A stretch of DNA of 64,000 nt from contig OY771506.1 in the NCBI GenBank assembly GCA_963674705.1, forward strand, positions 3,104,001 through 3,168,000. The letters are read 5' to 3'. The translations under genes were made by a program, and so were the position numbers. This DNA comes from Phycisphaeraceae bacterium (lineage in GTDB: Bacteria; Planctomycetota; Phycisphaerae; Phycisphaerales; Phycisphaeraceae). Position 1 is the first letter of the stretch. Each line of letters starts with the position of its first letter. Shown here one piece after another: positions 47,381 through 56,753 of this stretch. The notes beneath the pieces were generated by a model. It was given only the letters and a program-made list of their open reading frames with translations, did not search any database and was not told where the DNA came from.

Positions 47381-48898
47381 ATGTCACAAGCCCTCCCCGC
47401 AACCGATTGTCTGATCATCATCTTCGGCGCCTCCGGCGACCTGACCAAGCGCAAGCTCATCCCCGCGCTGTATCACTTGTGGGATACCAAGCAGGCACCG
47501 GAAAAGTTCGCCATCCTCGGCATCGCCCGCTCGAAGTTCACGGACGATGAATTCCGTGACGCGATGTATGAGTTCTCCTCTAAGAGCTATCCGGATCAGG
47601 ATAAGTGGCAAAAGTTTGCCAAGCGTATGCACTACCACGCGGCCGACTCAACCAATCGCGAGGATTGGCAAGGCATCCGTGCACGCATCGGCTCGCTCGC
47701 GGAAGACCACGGCACGGGACGCAACCTGCTGTTCTACCTTTCCATGGCCCCGCAGTTCTTCGAACCCATCATCAAGAACATCGGCGTCAGCGACCTTGTC
47801 ACCGAAGGCCGCCTCTTCTGCAGCATCGGCGAGAACAAGCCCTGGCAACGCATCGTGATCGAAAAGCCTTTCGGCGCAGACCCCGAATCCGCGGTGCACC
47901 TGAACAACGTCGTGGCGGAAGTCTTTGATGAAGAGGCGACGTACCGCATCGACCACTACCTCGGTAAGGAACTCGTGCAGAACATGATGGTGCTGCGCTT
48001 CGCCAACAGCATCTTCGAGCCCTTGTGGAACCGCCAGTACATCGACCACGTGCAGATCACCGCCAGCGAAACCGTCGGCGTCGAAGGACGCGGCAGCTAC
48101 TACGACAGTGAGAACGGCGGCGCGATGCGTGACATGGTGCAAAGCCATTTGCTTCAAGTATTATCCGTCGTTGCGATGGAGCCACCCGTCTCGATGGCTG
48201 CTGAAGATATCCGCACGGAAAAGATCAAGGTCTTCAAAGCCCTGCGTGTCCCCAGTGAAGGAGAAGTACCTCATATCGCGGTGCGAGGCCAGTACGGCGC
48301 GGGCTCGATCAACGGCGAAACCGTTCCTGCTTATCGTAATAACGACGGCGTCGCGCCCGACAGTCAGACCGATACGTATGCAGCGATGCAGTTCAACGTC
48401 GACACCTGGCGGTGGGGCGGTGTGCCGTTCTACCTGCGCTCGGGTAAAGCGATGGCCGCCAAGCGAACGGAGATCGTGATCTACTTCAAGCCGACGCCGC
48501 ACTGTCTGTTCCGCGAGCAGGCGAAGAAGTACAAGCAAAACCAGATCGTCATCGGCATCCATCCCGATGAAGGCGTCCGCATACGATTCGAAGGCAAAGT
48601 GCCCGGCCTCGGCATGAACATCAAGGACGTCGTCATGGACTTCAACTACATCCAGCAATGGAAAGTCGAACCGCCCGACGGCTACGCAACCCTCCTGCAC
48701 GATACAATGCGCGGCGATCAGACGCTCTTTAAACACCGCGACGAAATCGAATCCGCCTGGAACGCCGTCCAACCCGTGCTCGACTATTGGCAGCAAAATC
48801 CGCAAGACGACCTGCCCAACTACAACGCCGGCACATGGGGCCCCAGCGCCGCCGACATCATGATGGCCCGTGACGGCAGGTATTGGCATAATGATTAG
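47381..48898 (+). CDS. zwf: Glucose-6-phosphate 1-dehydrogenase (alternative starts 47342/47375)
   Basis: FGASGDLTKRKL, EKPFG, RIDHYLGKE, RDMVQSHLLQ, RWGGVPFYLRSGK. Confidence 0.97.
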   Translation: MSQALPATDCLIIIFGASGDLTKRKLIPALYHLWDTKQAPEKFAILGIARSKFTDDEFRDAMYEFSSKSYPDQDKWQKFAKRMHYHAADSTNREDWQGIRARIGSLAEDHGTGRNLLFYLSMAPQFFEPIIKNIGVSDLVTEGRLFCSIGENKPWQRIVIEKPFGADPESAVHLNNVVAEVFDEEATYRIDHYLGKELVQNMMVLRFANSIFEPLWNRQYIDHVQITASETVGVEGRGSYYDSENGGAMRDMVQSHLLQVLSVVAMEPPVSMAAEDIRTEKIKVFKALRVPSEGEVPHIAVRGQYGAGSINGETVPAYRNNDGVAPDSQTDTYAAMQFNVDTWRWGGVPFYLRSGKAMAAKRTEIVIYFKPTPHCLFREQAKKYKQNQIVIGIHPDEGVRIRFEGKVPGLGMNIKDVVMDFNYIQQWKVEPPDGYATLLHDTMRGDQTLFKHRDEIESAWNAVQPVLDYWQQNPQDDLPNYNAGTWGPSAADIMMARDGRYWHND

Positions 48899-49030
48899 TC
48901 GGGTATCGGGTATCGTGATTCGGGTGTCGGATCTCATACGTAACCAGATTGTCGTTGGTTATATTGGTGTGTAATGATGAATAAAGAAGTGTCTTCCGAA
49001 TCCCGATACCCGATACCCGATACCCGACTA
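48896..49030. repeat. Inverted repeat built from TCGGGTA/TACCCGA heptamers, spanning the zwf stop and pgl start
   Basis: 48896-48915 is the exact reverse complement of 49011-49030. Confidence 0.85.
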
Positions 49031-49768
49031 TACCTCCCCGGCTCCGTCCACATTGCTAAAGACGCCGACACACTCTTCGATGATCTCGGCTACGCATTTA
49101 CCGCCGCGGCGATCGAAGCGGTGAATCATCGTGGTGTGTTTCATGTTGCGTTATCCGGCGGTTCAACGCCTTGGCCTTTCTATCATCGATTGTTGATCGA
49201 TCCGCGTTTTCGTAAGGTTGATTGGCGACGCACGCATATCTGGATCGTCGATGAACGCCGTGTATCCGAGGATGATGAATTAAGTAACTTCAGGAGTCTG
49301 CGCGAATCGTTGCTTGAGGATATCGACACGCCTGCAAGCCAGGTGCATCCGATGCCGGTGATGCACGTCGATCCGGTCGGTGTTTACGAAACAAAACTCC
49401 GCCAGGTTTTCGGCCTGAATGTTTCGGTGCCGCGCTTGGACTTTGTATTACTCGGTATGGGCACCGACTGTCATACCGCAAGTCTGTTCCCAAACAGCGA
49501 CGCCATACATGTCACCGACCACTGGATCGCAATCAACGAAGGCCCAAACGTCACCCCGCCCGACCGCGTCACGATGACGTATCCGCTATTGAACGCTGCA
49601 AGAAAACTCGCTGTATTATGTGTCGGTTCCAAGAAAACCGAAGCGTTGCAGCGCGTCGTAAACCAAATGAAAATCGGCCCCGATCCCGTAAACGTACCGA
49701 TCACCGGCATCCAACCAACAGATGGTGAACTGGTTTGGTATCTGGATAATGAAGCGGTGGGTCAATAA
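48974..49768 (+). CDS. pgl: 6-phosphogluconolactonase
   Basis: ALSGGSTP, DERRV, LLGMGTDCHTASLFP, RVTMTYP; follows zwf. Confidence 0.95.
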   Translation: MMNKEVSSESRYPIPDTRLYLPGSVHIAKDADTLFDDLGYAFTAAAIEAVNHRGVFHVALSGGSTPWPFYHRLLIDPRFRKVDWRRTHIWIVDERRVSEDDELSNFRSLRESLLEDIDTPASQVHPMPVMHVDPVGVYETKLRQVFGLNVSVPRLDFVLLGMGTDCHTASLFPNSDAIHVTDHWIAINEGPNVTPPDRVTMTYPLLNAARKLAVLCVGSKKTEALQRVVNQMKIGPDPVNVPITGIQPTDGELVWYLDNEAVGQ

Positions 49769-49797
49769 CGCAAGTGGTGATTAATACGGCTGTCGGG

Positions 49798-50064
49798 TTA
49801 CGATTTTTGTTGGTAAGCCTTGAGTAAATCTGTGACCAAGATGCCGTCGATCGTCATGCCGGTGTAGTTTGCGCAAGTGATCTTTGTGTTCGACAGATTG
49901 ATATCGTCTAGCACGACGTTGGACATATTGATGTTATGAAAACGCGCGCCGCTTAGGTTCACATCATCAAACTCGGTGTTGCCAAGGCATACATCATGGA
50001 ACGTTGAGTCAGTGAGTCTGGCATGCTCAACGGTGTATTTACCGCAAGGGATGGTTAAGGCCAT
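49798..50064 (-). CDS. Small pentapeptide-repeat protein
   Basis: ARLTD STFHD VCLGN TEFDD VNLSG ARFHN INMSN repeats; C-terminal IDGILVTDLL. Confidence 0.85.
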   Translation of the reverse strand: MALTIPCGKYTVEHARLTDSTFHDVCLGNTEFDDVNLSGARFHNINMSNVVLDDINLSNTKITCANYTGMTIDGILVTDLLKAYQQKS

Positions 50065-50091
50065 GTTGTTCTCCCGGGTTAGTGGATGGGG

Positions 50092-51357
50092 TCAGGTGAT
50101 TTCCGTCCAGAGTTTACCACCGATGTGCGTGTTTGCCATATTGATTTGATCGAGCCCATTCTGCACCGAATCCTCACAAGCTGCTGTCAGTTCGCGGATC
50201 GCTTGCTTGCTACGCTTGTCTTTGCTGATGTAATCATCGAGCAGGATCGGCTGGTTGAAGTGGACCATCGCGCGGCGTAAGCCGATCGGCTCGATCATCT
50301 CGCCGTGGACATCCTCGACAAGTTTTTCGACCGTTTCGCTGACCCGATCGAGCGTCGGGCTTTCGACGACATAGTCCGGCAGGTAGCTGGCGATGCGGAA
50401 AGCGAGCATTACCATATCCGCCCATGTTCGTGCAACCACGTGGTCGACTTTTCTACCATCATCGGTGCGCACATCATGGACCAATCGGCGCGCTGCGCGC
50501 ACACGGTCGACCAGACTTGTCCCATCTTTGGGACGGATTTCGAGCTTCGCCTCCAGGTCGTCCAGGACCGCGCCGGCGGAGTAGTTGATCAGCTCGGAAA
50601 GGTCGTCCGAGTCCGGCGGAGTCAGCCCGCGCTGTTGGAGATTGCGACGGATCGCTGCCCGGCCGATCTTCACGATCGCCTCGCGCGGCGGCTGACCCGG
50701 CGCGTGCTGCACATCCGGAACGGCCATCGACTTGGCGAGGTTCGCAAGCAGTTGATCGAGTGCCGATCGGCAATCCGTCAGGTGCGTGAGCTTGATCGAT
50801 ACCGGAACCGCAACGACACGCACATCATGCTTGGCAAGTTCCTTGGCTACGCGGACCGCGATGAATGCAGCGCCGTCGTTGAACGGCGTTACGCGATCGT
50901 TGCGCAGATAGACGTTGCCTTCGGGGAAGATCGTCAGCGCGTGTTTGCCTTTGGCGAGTACAGCCGACGCGTCTTTCATCGCTTGCTGATCACTGCCTTC
51001 ACGGTCGACGGAGAACGCGCCCATCTTCTGCATCACCCACGCATCGAGCTTGCCACGCAGGAATACGTCGTACGCGGCCATCATCTGCGAAGTGAAACCC
51101 GCCTGTCGCAGCGCTTCGAGGAAGACGGCTGCATCGGCGTGGGTCGGGTGGTTGGGCAGGAACAGGATGCGGTCGCGCCTTCCGCCAGTGCGGTTGATGT
51201 TTGAGATCAGCGTGTCGTTACCCGAGACTTCGACGCTATCCACTTTGAGCTTGTTGGGCAGGCGGCGTGTGCGGTTGAACACACCGATTATCCAGGCGAT
51301 CAGCGCGTTGCGCTTTGACGGGAAGTACTGGTAAGGCTCATCGGAGAAGTCGAGCAT
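50092..51357 (-). CDS. Phospholipid/glycerol acyltransferase (PlsC family, extended)
   Basis: NHPTHAD (HX4D), FSVDR, IFPEG. Confidence 0.88.
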   Translation of the reverse strand: MLDFSDEPYQYFPSKRNALIAWIIGVFNRTRRLPNKLKVDSVEVSGNDTLISNINRTGGRRDRILFLPNHPTHADAAVFLEALRQAGFTSQMMAAYDVFLRGKLDAWVMQKMGAFSVDREGSDQQAMKDASAVLAKGKHALTIFPEGNVYLRNDRVTPFNDGAAFIAVRVAKELAKHDVRVVAVPVSIKLTHLTDCRSALDQLLANLAKSMAVPDVQHAPGQPPREAIVKIGRAAIRRNLQQRGLTPPDSDDLSELINYSAGAVLDDLEAKLEIRPKDGTSLVDRVRAARRLVHDVRTDDGRKVDHVVARTWADMVMLAFRIASYLPDYVVESPTLDRVSETVEKLVEDVHGEMIEPIGLRRAMVHFNQPILLDDYISKDKRSKQAIRELTAACEDSVQNGLDQINMANTHIGGKLWTEIT

Positions 51358-51410
51358 AGGTGTAGATATCGGCTACGCGGATGTGTTCGGATGATTGCTG
51401 GATCGCGGTC

Positions 51411-51638
51411 TTAGTTCTGTTTAGGCGGGCGTGCGACCAGCCAGATGAGCAAGCCGATCGGCCAGAAGAATGCGACGAGGATGAAGACCAGGCAGCCGGA
51501 TTTACCTCGTTTGCGGGCATCCAGCGTGCACCAGATCACACTGAGCACGTAGATCAGGAACACACCAAGTACACACAAGACTGAAATACCAAGCATAATC
51601 AGCCCAACAATGTCTTCGCCGCCGCTTGAGTTCATCAT
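51411..51638 (-). CDS. Small membrane protein (two to three hydrophobic segments)
   Basis: RBS AAGGAG before ATG 51638; W..DARKRG...P.GLLIWLVARP pattern. Confidence 0.7.
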   Translation of the reverse strand: MMNSSGGEDIVGLIMLGISVLCVLGVFLIYVLSVIWCTLDARKRGKSGCLVFILVAFFWPIGLLIWLVARPPKQN

Positions 51639-51750
51639 GCGTGTCTCCTTGATGTGATTGACGCTATGATAACACCTCGAACCGATTGCGCAACACCCGT
51701 TGTCGATCATTGGCTAAGCGTGTTAGATTATCCGTTGATTGGAGAACTCG

Positions 51751-52878
51751 ATGAAACGTATCGCATATTGGGCCGGTTTGTGTGGTTTGATGCTGGTGAT
51801 TGCGGGTTGCGGGCCGACGCCTTTGGAAAAAGCGATGAGCCGGCTTGACGATCGGCCGGACTGGGAAGACTTCCCGAAGATCAACGTGCCGCATCATCCC
51901 GCGGAGAAGTACCTGAAGGATATGGAGATCGTGCTTGATCCGGGTCACGGCGGGCAGGCACATAAGAAGGGCTACAAGCGCGGTCCGACCGGCGTGCGTG
52001 AAGCCGAGATGAACTGGCGCGTCGCGAAGCTGTTGGAAAAACTGCTGGTCGATGCCGGGGCGCATGTCACGCTGACTAGAGACGGCGATGTCTTTGTTGA
52101 TCTGAAAGATCGTGCCCAGATCGCGAACAATCTCAAGCGGCATGACGGCGGGACGGGGGCGGACCTCTTCATCAGCCTGCACCATAACGCTTCGTCGCGC
52201 GAGTCGGCGAACTTTTCGAGCGTGTGGTATCACGGCGAGTGCGACTGGTCCGAGGTCTCGCTGGATGTTGCGAAGTACGTCGGACATCAGTTAGGCATGC
52301 AGATGCGGACGCAGGTGGCACACACGTCACCCCTGATGAGCGATCAGTTGATGTACAACTCCGGATTCGGTGTGCTGCGTCAGTGTAACATGCCGGCGTT
52401 TTTGACTGAATCATCATTCTTCACGAACTACGAGGAAGAGCAGCGGCTGCGCGATGCGGATTACAACCTGCGCGAGGCGTACGGGATCTATGTCGGCTTG
52501 TGCGAGTATGCCTATGGCGGCCGGCCGACGCAGAGTTTGCCGACGGTCGAGCGCGAGGGCAACACGCTGAAGATCAGCACGATCCTTGATGACGGGCTGG
52601 ACAAGGGTTGGTGGGGCCACGACCGAGACAGGTCGCTGAGTTCGACGATCAGCGTGTACCTGGATGGTCAGCGGATCGATGCGGCGTACGACTCGGCGAG
52701 CAAGGTTGTGACGGCCGAGGTCGAGGTGGACCCAGCCAAGCTGAGCGATGGGCAGGGCATAATAATGAGCATCCACCACGCGAATATGTTCAAGCACCAT
52801 AATTATCCGCAGCGGTACAGCCTGAGCGGGGGAGATGATATTGTGGTCAAACCGCTTGGTCCGAAGCGTGCGGAATAG
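51751..52878 (+). CDS. N-acetylmuramoyl-L-alanine amidase (Amidase_3), predicted lipoprotein
   Basis: Lipobox IAGC; LDPGHGG, E, SLHHNA, FGVLR, LTE zinc/catalytic motifs; RBS GGAG. Confidence 0.9.
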   Translation: MKRIAYWAGLCGLMLVIAGCGPTPLEKAMSRLDDRPDWEDFPKINVPHHPAEKYLKDMEIVLDPGHGGQAHKKGYKRGPTGVREAEMNWRVAKLLEKLLVDAGAHVTLTRDGDVFVDLKDRAQIANNLKRHDGGTGADLFISLHHNASSRESANFSSVWYHGECDWSEVSLDVAKYVGHQLGMQMRTQVAHTSPLMSDQLMYNSGFGVLRQCNMPAFLTESSFFTNYEEEQRLRDADYNLREAYGIYVGLCEYAYGGRPTQSLPTVEREGNTLKISTILDDGLDKGWWGHDRDRSLSSTISVYLDGQRIDAAYDSASKVVTAEVEVDPAKLSDGQGIIMSIHHANMFKHHNYPQRYSLSGGDDIVVKPLGPKRAE

Positions 52879-52975
52879 GTGGGTGTAATTTCTTTAATAA
52901 GTGCCGGCAACATCTAAGACCCGTATTGCAAGGCATTAACAGGATGCTTATGGTGATTATATAATCTTAAAATGC

Positions 52976-53004
52976 TTGCATTTCTGTTAATCTGGCGTGA
53001 TAAT
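52976..53004 (+). promoter_or_regulatory. Putative sigma-70 promoter of the regulator
   Basis: TTGCAT-N17-GATAAT; perfect palindrome GATTATATAATC at 52955-52966 just upstream. Confidence 0.5.
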
Positions 53005-53109
53005 TACAGTTGTTAGGGCGAGCGCGACGGCGTTTCATATTTATACGCTGCGAGCCCAATCTGGAACGTTCATCTAAGGGCTCGATGGGGCGCAGCGTAA
53101 GGCTCCAGG

Positions 53110-54237
53110 ATGGCCGAGGCACACGCGGGGGCTGATTATTCAGCACTACCTATGGCAACTAAGCACAAAGAAATCGGTCCTGTGGTCGCCCAGCCCGGCC
53201 AACCCCTTTACGAATCCGTCAAGCAGGCGCTGACCGAAGCCATCGACAGCGGGCACTACCAGCCCGGCAAGCGGATGCCCAGCACAAAGGAGCTGAGCCG
53301 GCAGATGTCGGTCTCGCTGGTCACCGCACACCGGGCACTGCAGGAGCTGGTTTCGATCGGCCTGCTGGAACGTACACGCGGCCGCGGCACCTACGTTGTT
53401 GAAAACCACCGCGATGTGAAGCCCAAGCTGCGCATCGGCGTATTGATCCATCGCGATGTCGTGATGTCGGATGTTTACCACAGCGGCATCCTCGAAGGCA
53501 TGCACCGGGCGAGTGTCGAGTTCGGCTGCGACCTGCTGCTACTGGGTGATGAGGTCGATGCCCGGCAGGATGTGCATGCGTACGTGCTGGTGAACCCGGC
53601 TGTGAATCAACTGGAAGTGTTGCTGGACCAGTCGTTTGGCAAGACGCCGATCGTCGTGGTCGGGGCGAGGTCGGGCGATAAGTCGATCCCCTCGGTCGAT
53701 ACGGACAACCGCGACCTGGCGACGCAGGCGGTGAACCACCTGTATCAGCTCGGGCACCGTCGGATCGGCTGCTTCATCGGCGGGTGCAACTTTGTACACA
53801 ACCGTGACCTGTGCGACGGCTTTATCCAGGCCTGCAAGGTGCTTGGGATCGCTGACAAGAATCGGCCGATCGTCGAGGTGCAGGGCACGAGCATGCGGTC
53901 GGACGACAAGCTCAAGCTCAACCGGATGCTCAATGAGGACGGGCTGACCGCGGTCTTTGCCGGGGCGTATGACCTGGCGCTGGAGGTGTACCAGGCGGTG
54001 TCGACGATCGGGCTGCGGATCCCGCAGGACCTGTCGGTCGTGGGTGTGGACGATCCAGCCAGCGCATCGCACCTGAGCCCGGCGTTGACCACGTTGCGTC
54101 AGCCCTTAGCCCATCTTGGGCATGCCGCGATTTCCGGCCTGGTCGCCCACCTGAGCGACGATGAGCCGCCGCTGAAGCGTGAAGTGCTGCGAGCGGAACT
54201 GGTGATCCGCCGATCCAGCGGTGCGCCGGTGCGGTAA
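53110..54237 (+). CDS. GntR-HTH + LacI-type sugar-binding domain transcriptional regulator (AraR-like architecture; alternative start 53152)
   Basis: PGKRMPSTKEL...VSLVTAHRALQEL...GRGTYV; GHRRIG; IPQDLSVVGVDD; PALTTLRQP. Confidence 0.92.
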   Translation: MAEAHAGADYSALPMATKHKEIGPVVAQPGQPLYESVKQALTEAIDSGHYQPGKRMPSTKELSRQMSVSLVTAHRALQELVSIGLLERTRGRGTYVVENHRDVKPKLRIGVLIHRDVVMSDVYHSGILEGMHRASVEFGCDLLLLGDEVDARQDVHAYVLVNPAVNQLEVLLDQSFGKTPIVVVGARSGDKSIPSVDTDNRDLATQAVNHLYQLGHRRIGCFIGGCNFVHNRDLCDGFIQACKVLGIADKNRPIVEVQGTSMRSDDKLKLNRMLNEDGLTAVFAGAYDLALEVYQAVSTIGLRIPQDLSVVGVDDPASASHLSPALTTLRQPLAHLGHAAISGLVAHLSDDEPPLKREVLRAELVIRRSSGAPVR

Positions 54238-54244
54238 TCCTGGG

Positions 54245-54355
54245 AATCGCTGATCGTTAATTTTTTAATCGCTAATTGGTTGGTGCATAGGGGGTTGCGA
54301 TAGGTTGTTCTATTTCTGTTCCCACATCAGCGATTAACGATTAGAGATTAGAGAT
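54245..54355. repeat. Degenerate heptamer inverted repeat (AATCGCT / AGCGATT type)
   Basis: AATCGCTGAT (54245-54254) pairs with ATCAGCGATT (54326-54335); ATTAACG ATTAGAG ATTAGAG periodicity. Confidence 0.5.
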
Positions 54356-54604
54356 CCTGTTTTTGATCATATAAGGTGTCTTATACGTGGATCGCTGAAG
54401 CGACCACGCCTGGGGGATTCTGTGGATGGGCTGGGGGATCCGCCGATTCACTTAACTGGTGTAATTTGGGGTGTTAAGGCGATTGCTGCGGGCTGAGCTT
54501 TCGTTAACGTGGTGATTGTTATATAAATATCCCTTCCCGGCCGGGTATTGTTCGCTATCCGCGTGGCGTCGGCCCGTCCTGTCCTGGTGCTCGGAGATTC
54601 ACAT

Positions 54605-56653
54605 ATGCATTGGATGACCTTAGCGGCGGTGGATACTACCCAGAACAACGGGACGCTGGCGGGGCACTTTACGCTGCTGGATTGGGGGGTGATGATCGGT
54701 TACCTGCTGCTGGTGAGTATCCTGGGGGTGCTTCTGGCGGGTAAGCAGAAGGGGATGGAGGACTTTTTCCGGGGCGGTGACAAGCTGCCCTGGTACGCGG
54801 TGTCGGCATCGATGATCGCGACGACGATCTCGGCGGTGACATTCGTGGGCGTGCCGGCGATCGCGTTTGCGGGGAACATGACCTATCTGCAACTGGGCAT
54901 CATCGCGGGGCTTCTGTCGCGTGCGTTCGTGGCGTGGGTGTTGATCCCGGCGTATTACCAGAAGCGCATCTACAGCCCGTACGATTACATGGGCAACCAG
55001 CTCGGGTCCAGCGCGCGGAGCGTGACGACGGGCCTGTTCACGCTGGGTGGATTGCTCGCGCAGTCGGCGCGTGTGTATCTGACAGCACTGGTGTTGACGC
55101 TGGTGATGTCCGATCAGCTTGCCTGGATTCAAGAACACACTCAGTTTGCCTTTGATTTGTCGGCGAAATATGAGATTGCTTATGCAGGGCTTTCACCTTT
55201 AGCCTCATCGATCATCATCATCGGGATCATCGCGGTCTTGTGGACGATGCTCGGCGGTATCGCGACGGTGGTGTGGACGGACGCGATGCTGTTCCTGGTG
55301 TTTGTCGTCGGCGGTATCGCGGCGATCTGGGTGATCATCAGTGCGCTGCCGAACGGCTTCTCGGAATTTATGGAAGTGGGGCAGGCGGCCGAGAAGTTCA
55401 AGATATTCAACATCGATAGAGTGGCAGACTTCACGACGCCTTACACGTTGACAGCGGCGGGTTTTGCGGTCGTGCTGGGTAACATCGGCGCGTACGGTAC
55501 GGACCAGTTGCTCGCGCAGCGTCTATTTACCTGTAAAGGCAAGGGCAGCGCGCAGGTTGCGATCCTGACCAGTTACGTGGCGGAAGCGGTGACGGCGTTG
55601 ATGCTGCTGGTGGGTGTGGGCTTGTTCGTGTTCTACACGGCGTTCCCCGAGAAGCTGGCGGGTGAAGCGGCGGTGCTTGCAGCGAAGGAGAACGACAAGA
55701 TATTCCCGATCTTTATCCTTCAGCAGATGCCGGTCGGCGTCACGGGGCTGGTGATCGCGGGGATTTTCGCGGCGGCGATTTCGAGCCTGACTTCGATCCT
55801 TGCGGCGCTAGCGCAGACATCCGTGTCGGCGGTGTACCTGCCGATGCGTGCCAAGACGCTGGGTTTGAGTAAGGGCGAAGAACAGGAAGCGATCGAAAAA
55901 AATCCGGAGGAAGGCAAGCGCGTGTTGTTGGTATCGCGCTGGCTGATTGTTTTCTGGGGGGTCGCGCTGTGCCTGGCGGCGTTTGTGGTGGATGGATTCA
56001 AAGACGCGACGGGCGTGCCGATTCTGGACCTGGCGCTTGGTTTGGCGAGTTACATCATCGGCGGGTTGTTCGCGGCGTTTATGCTGGCGTGGCTGCCGAT
56101 GAAGATTACGGGGCGCGGCCTGGTGTGGAGTGCGCCGCTGGGTGTGATGAGTGTGTTCGCGCTGCGATTCCATGAGCCTTGGTCGATGTGGTTCTGCGGC
56201 GCCATCATGGTTGTGTTGCTGGTGACGTGGCTCGCATGTGCGTTCAGTACAGTGGACGGGGCGCTGCGGACCAAGCGGATACTCAAGACGGCGTGGTTAG
56301 TTATTGGCATCGGGGTGGTGATGTCGATCATGTGGCGCGGTTACTTCCATGCGTATGAACCGGTAACCGGCAAGGTCGTGATGGCTTACCCGGCGGTGAT
56401 TGATGAAGCGACGGGCAAGCCGAAGCTGGATATGGAAGCGGAGCCTGTTTACCTGGTGCATCCGATCACGAAGGAGCCGTTGGTGGATGCCGATGGCAAC
56501 AAGATCGAGAATGAAAAGGCTCGGCCGGTGGTGCGTGATATGAGCAAGGGGGCGCCGAAGGTGGTGCCGATCGCGTGGCCGTGGTATGCACCGATCGGTG
56601 CGGCGATCGCTTTTATCTTTGGTTATCTTTTGGCGGAGCCGAAGCGGGATTAG
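54605..56653 (+). CDS. Sodium:solute symporter (SSS) family transporter
   Basis: LPWYAVSASMIATTISAVTFVGVP, GGIATVVWTD, YGTDQLLAQR, AGIFAAAISS; start set at ATG 54605 with RBS GGAG. Confidence 0.9.
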   Translation: MHWMTLAAVDTTQNNGTLAGHFTLLDWGVMIGYLLLVSILGVLLAGKQKGMEDFFRGGDKLPWYAVSASMIATTISAVTFVGVPAIAFAGNMTYLQLGIIAGLLSRAFVAWVLIPAYYQKRIYSPYDYMGNQLGSSARSVTTGLFTLGGLLAQSARVYLTALVLTLVMSDQLAWIQEHTQFAFDLSAKYEIAYAGLSPLASSIIIIGIIAVLWTMLGGIATVVWTDAMLFLVFVVGGIAAIWVIISALPNGFSEFMEVGQAAEKFKIFNIDRVADFTTPYTLTAAGFAVVLGNIGAYGTDQLLAQRLFTCKGKGSAQVAILTSYVAEAVTALMLLVGVGLFVFYTAFPEKLAGEAAVLAAKENDKIFPIFILQQMPVGVTGLVIAGIFAAAISSLTSILAALAQTSVSAVYLPMRAKTLGLSKGEEQEAIEKNPEEGKRVLLVSRWLIVFWGVALCLAAFVVDGFKDATGVPILDLALGLASYIIGGLFAAFMLAWLPMKITGRGLVWSAPLGVMSVFALRFHEPWSMWFCGAIMVVLLVTWLACAFSTVDGALRTKRILKTAWLVIGIGVVMSIMWRGYFHAYEPVTGKVVMAYPAVIDEATGKPKLDMEAEPVYLVHPITKEPLVDADGNKIENEKARPVVRDMSKGAPKVVPIAWPWYAPIGAAIAFIFGYLLAEPKRD

Positions 56654-56719
56654 GGGGGCGTTGTGGGGGTAACGCCCGGTTGCTGAAGCAACCTCGCCGA
56701 TGTTGTGGGTATGATTGAA

Positions 56720-56742
56720 CCCCACGCTTCCGCGTGGGGCTA
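56720..56742. repeat. REP-like hairpin
   Basis: Minus strand reads TAG-CCCCACGC-ggaa-GCGTGGGG. Confidence 0.55.
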
Positions 56743-56753
56743 TTGGTGAGTGT

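Noticed and set aside
56715..56753. Longer ROK start at 56715 (and longer starts for SSS 54548, fumC 40328, nuclease 12660)
   Set aside because: The extensions run through REP or UTR sequence from non-ATG codons; the downstream ATGs fit family length or RBS better.
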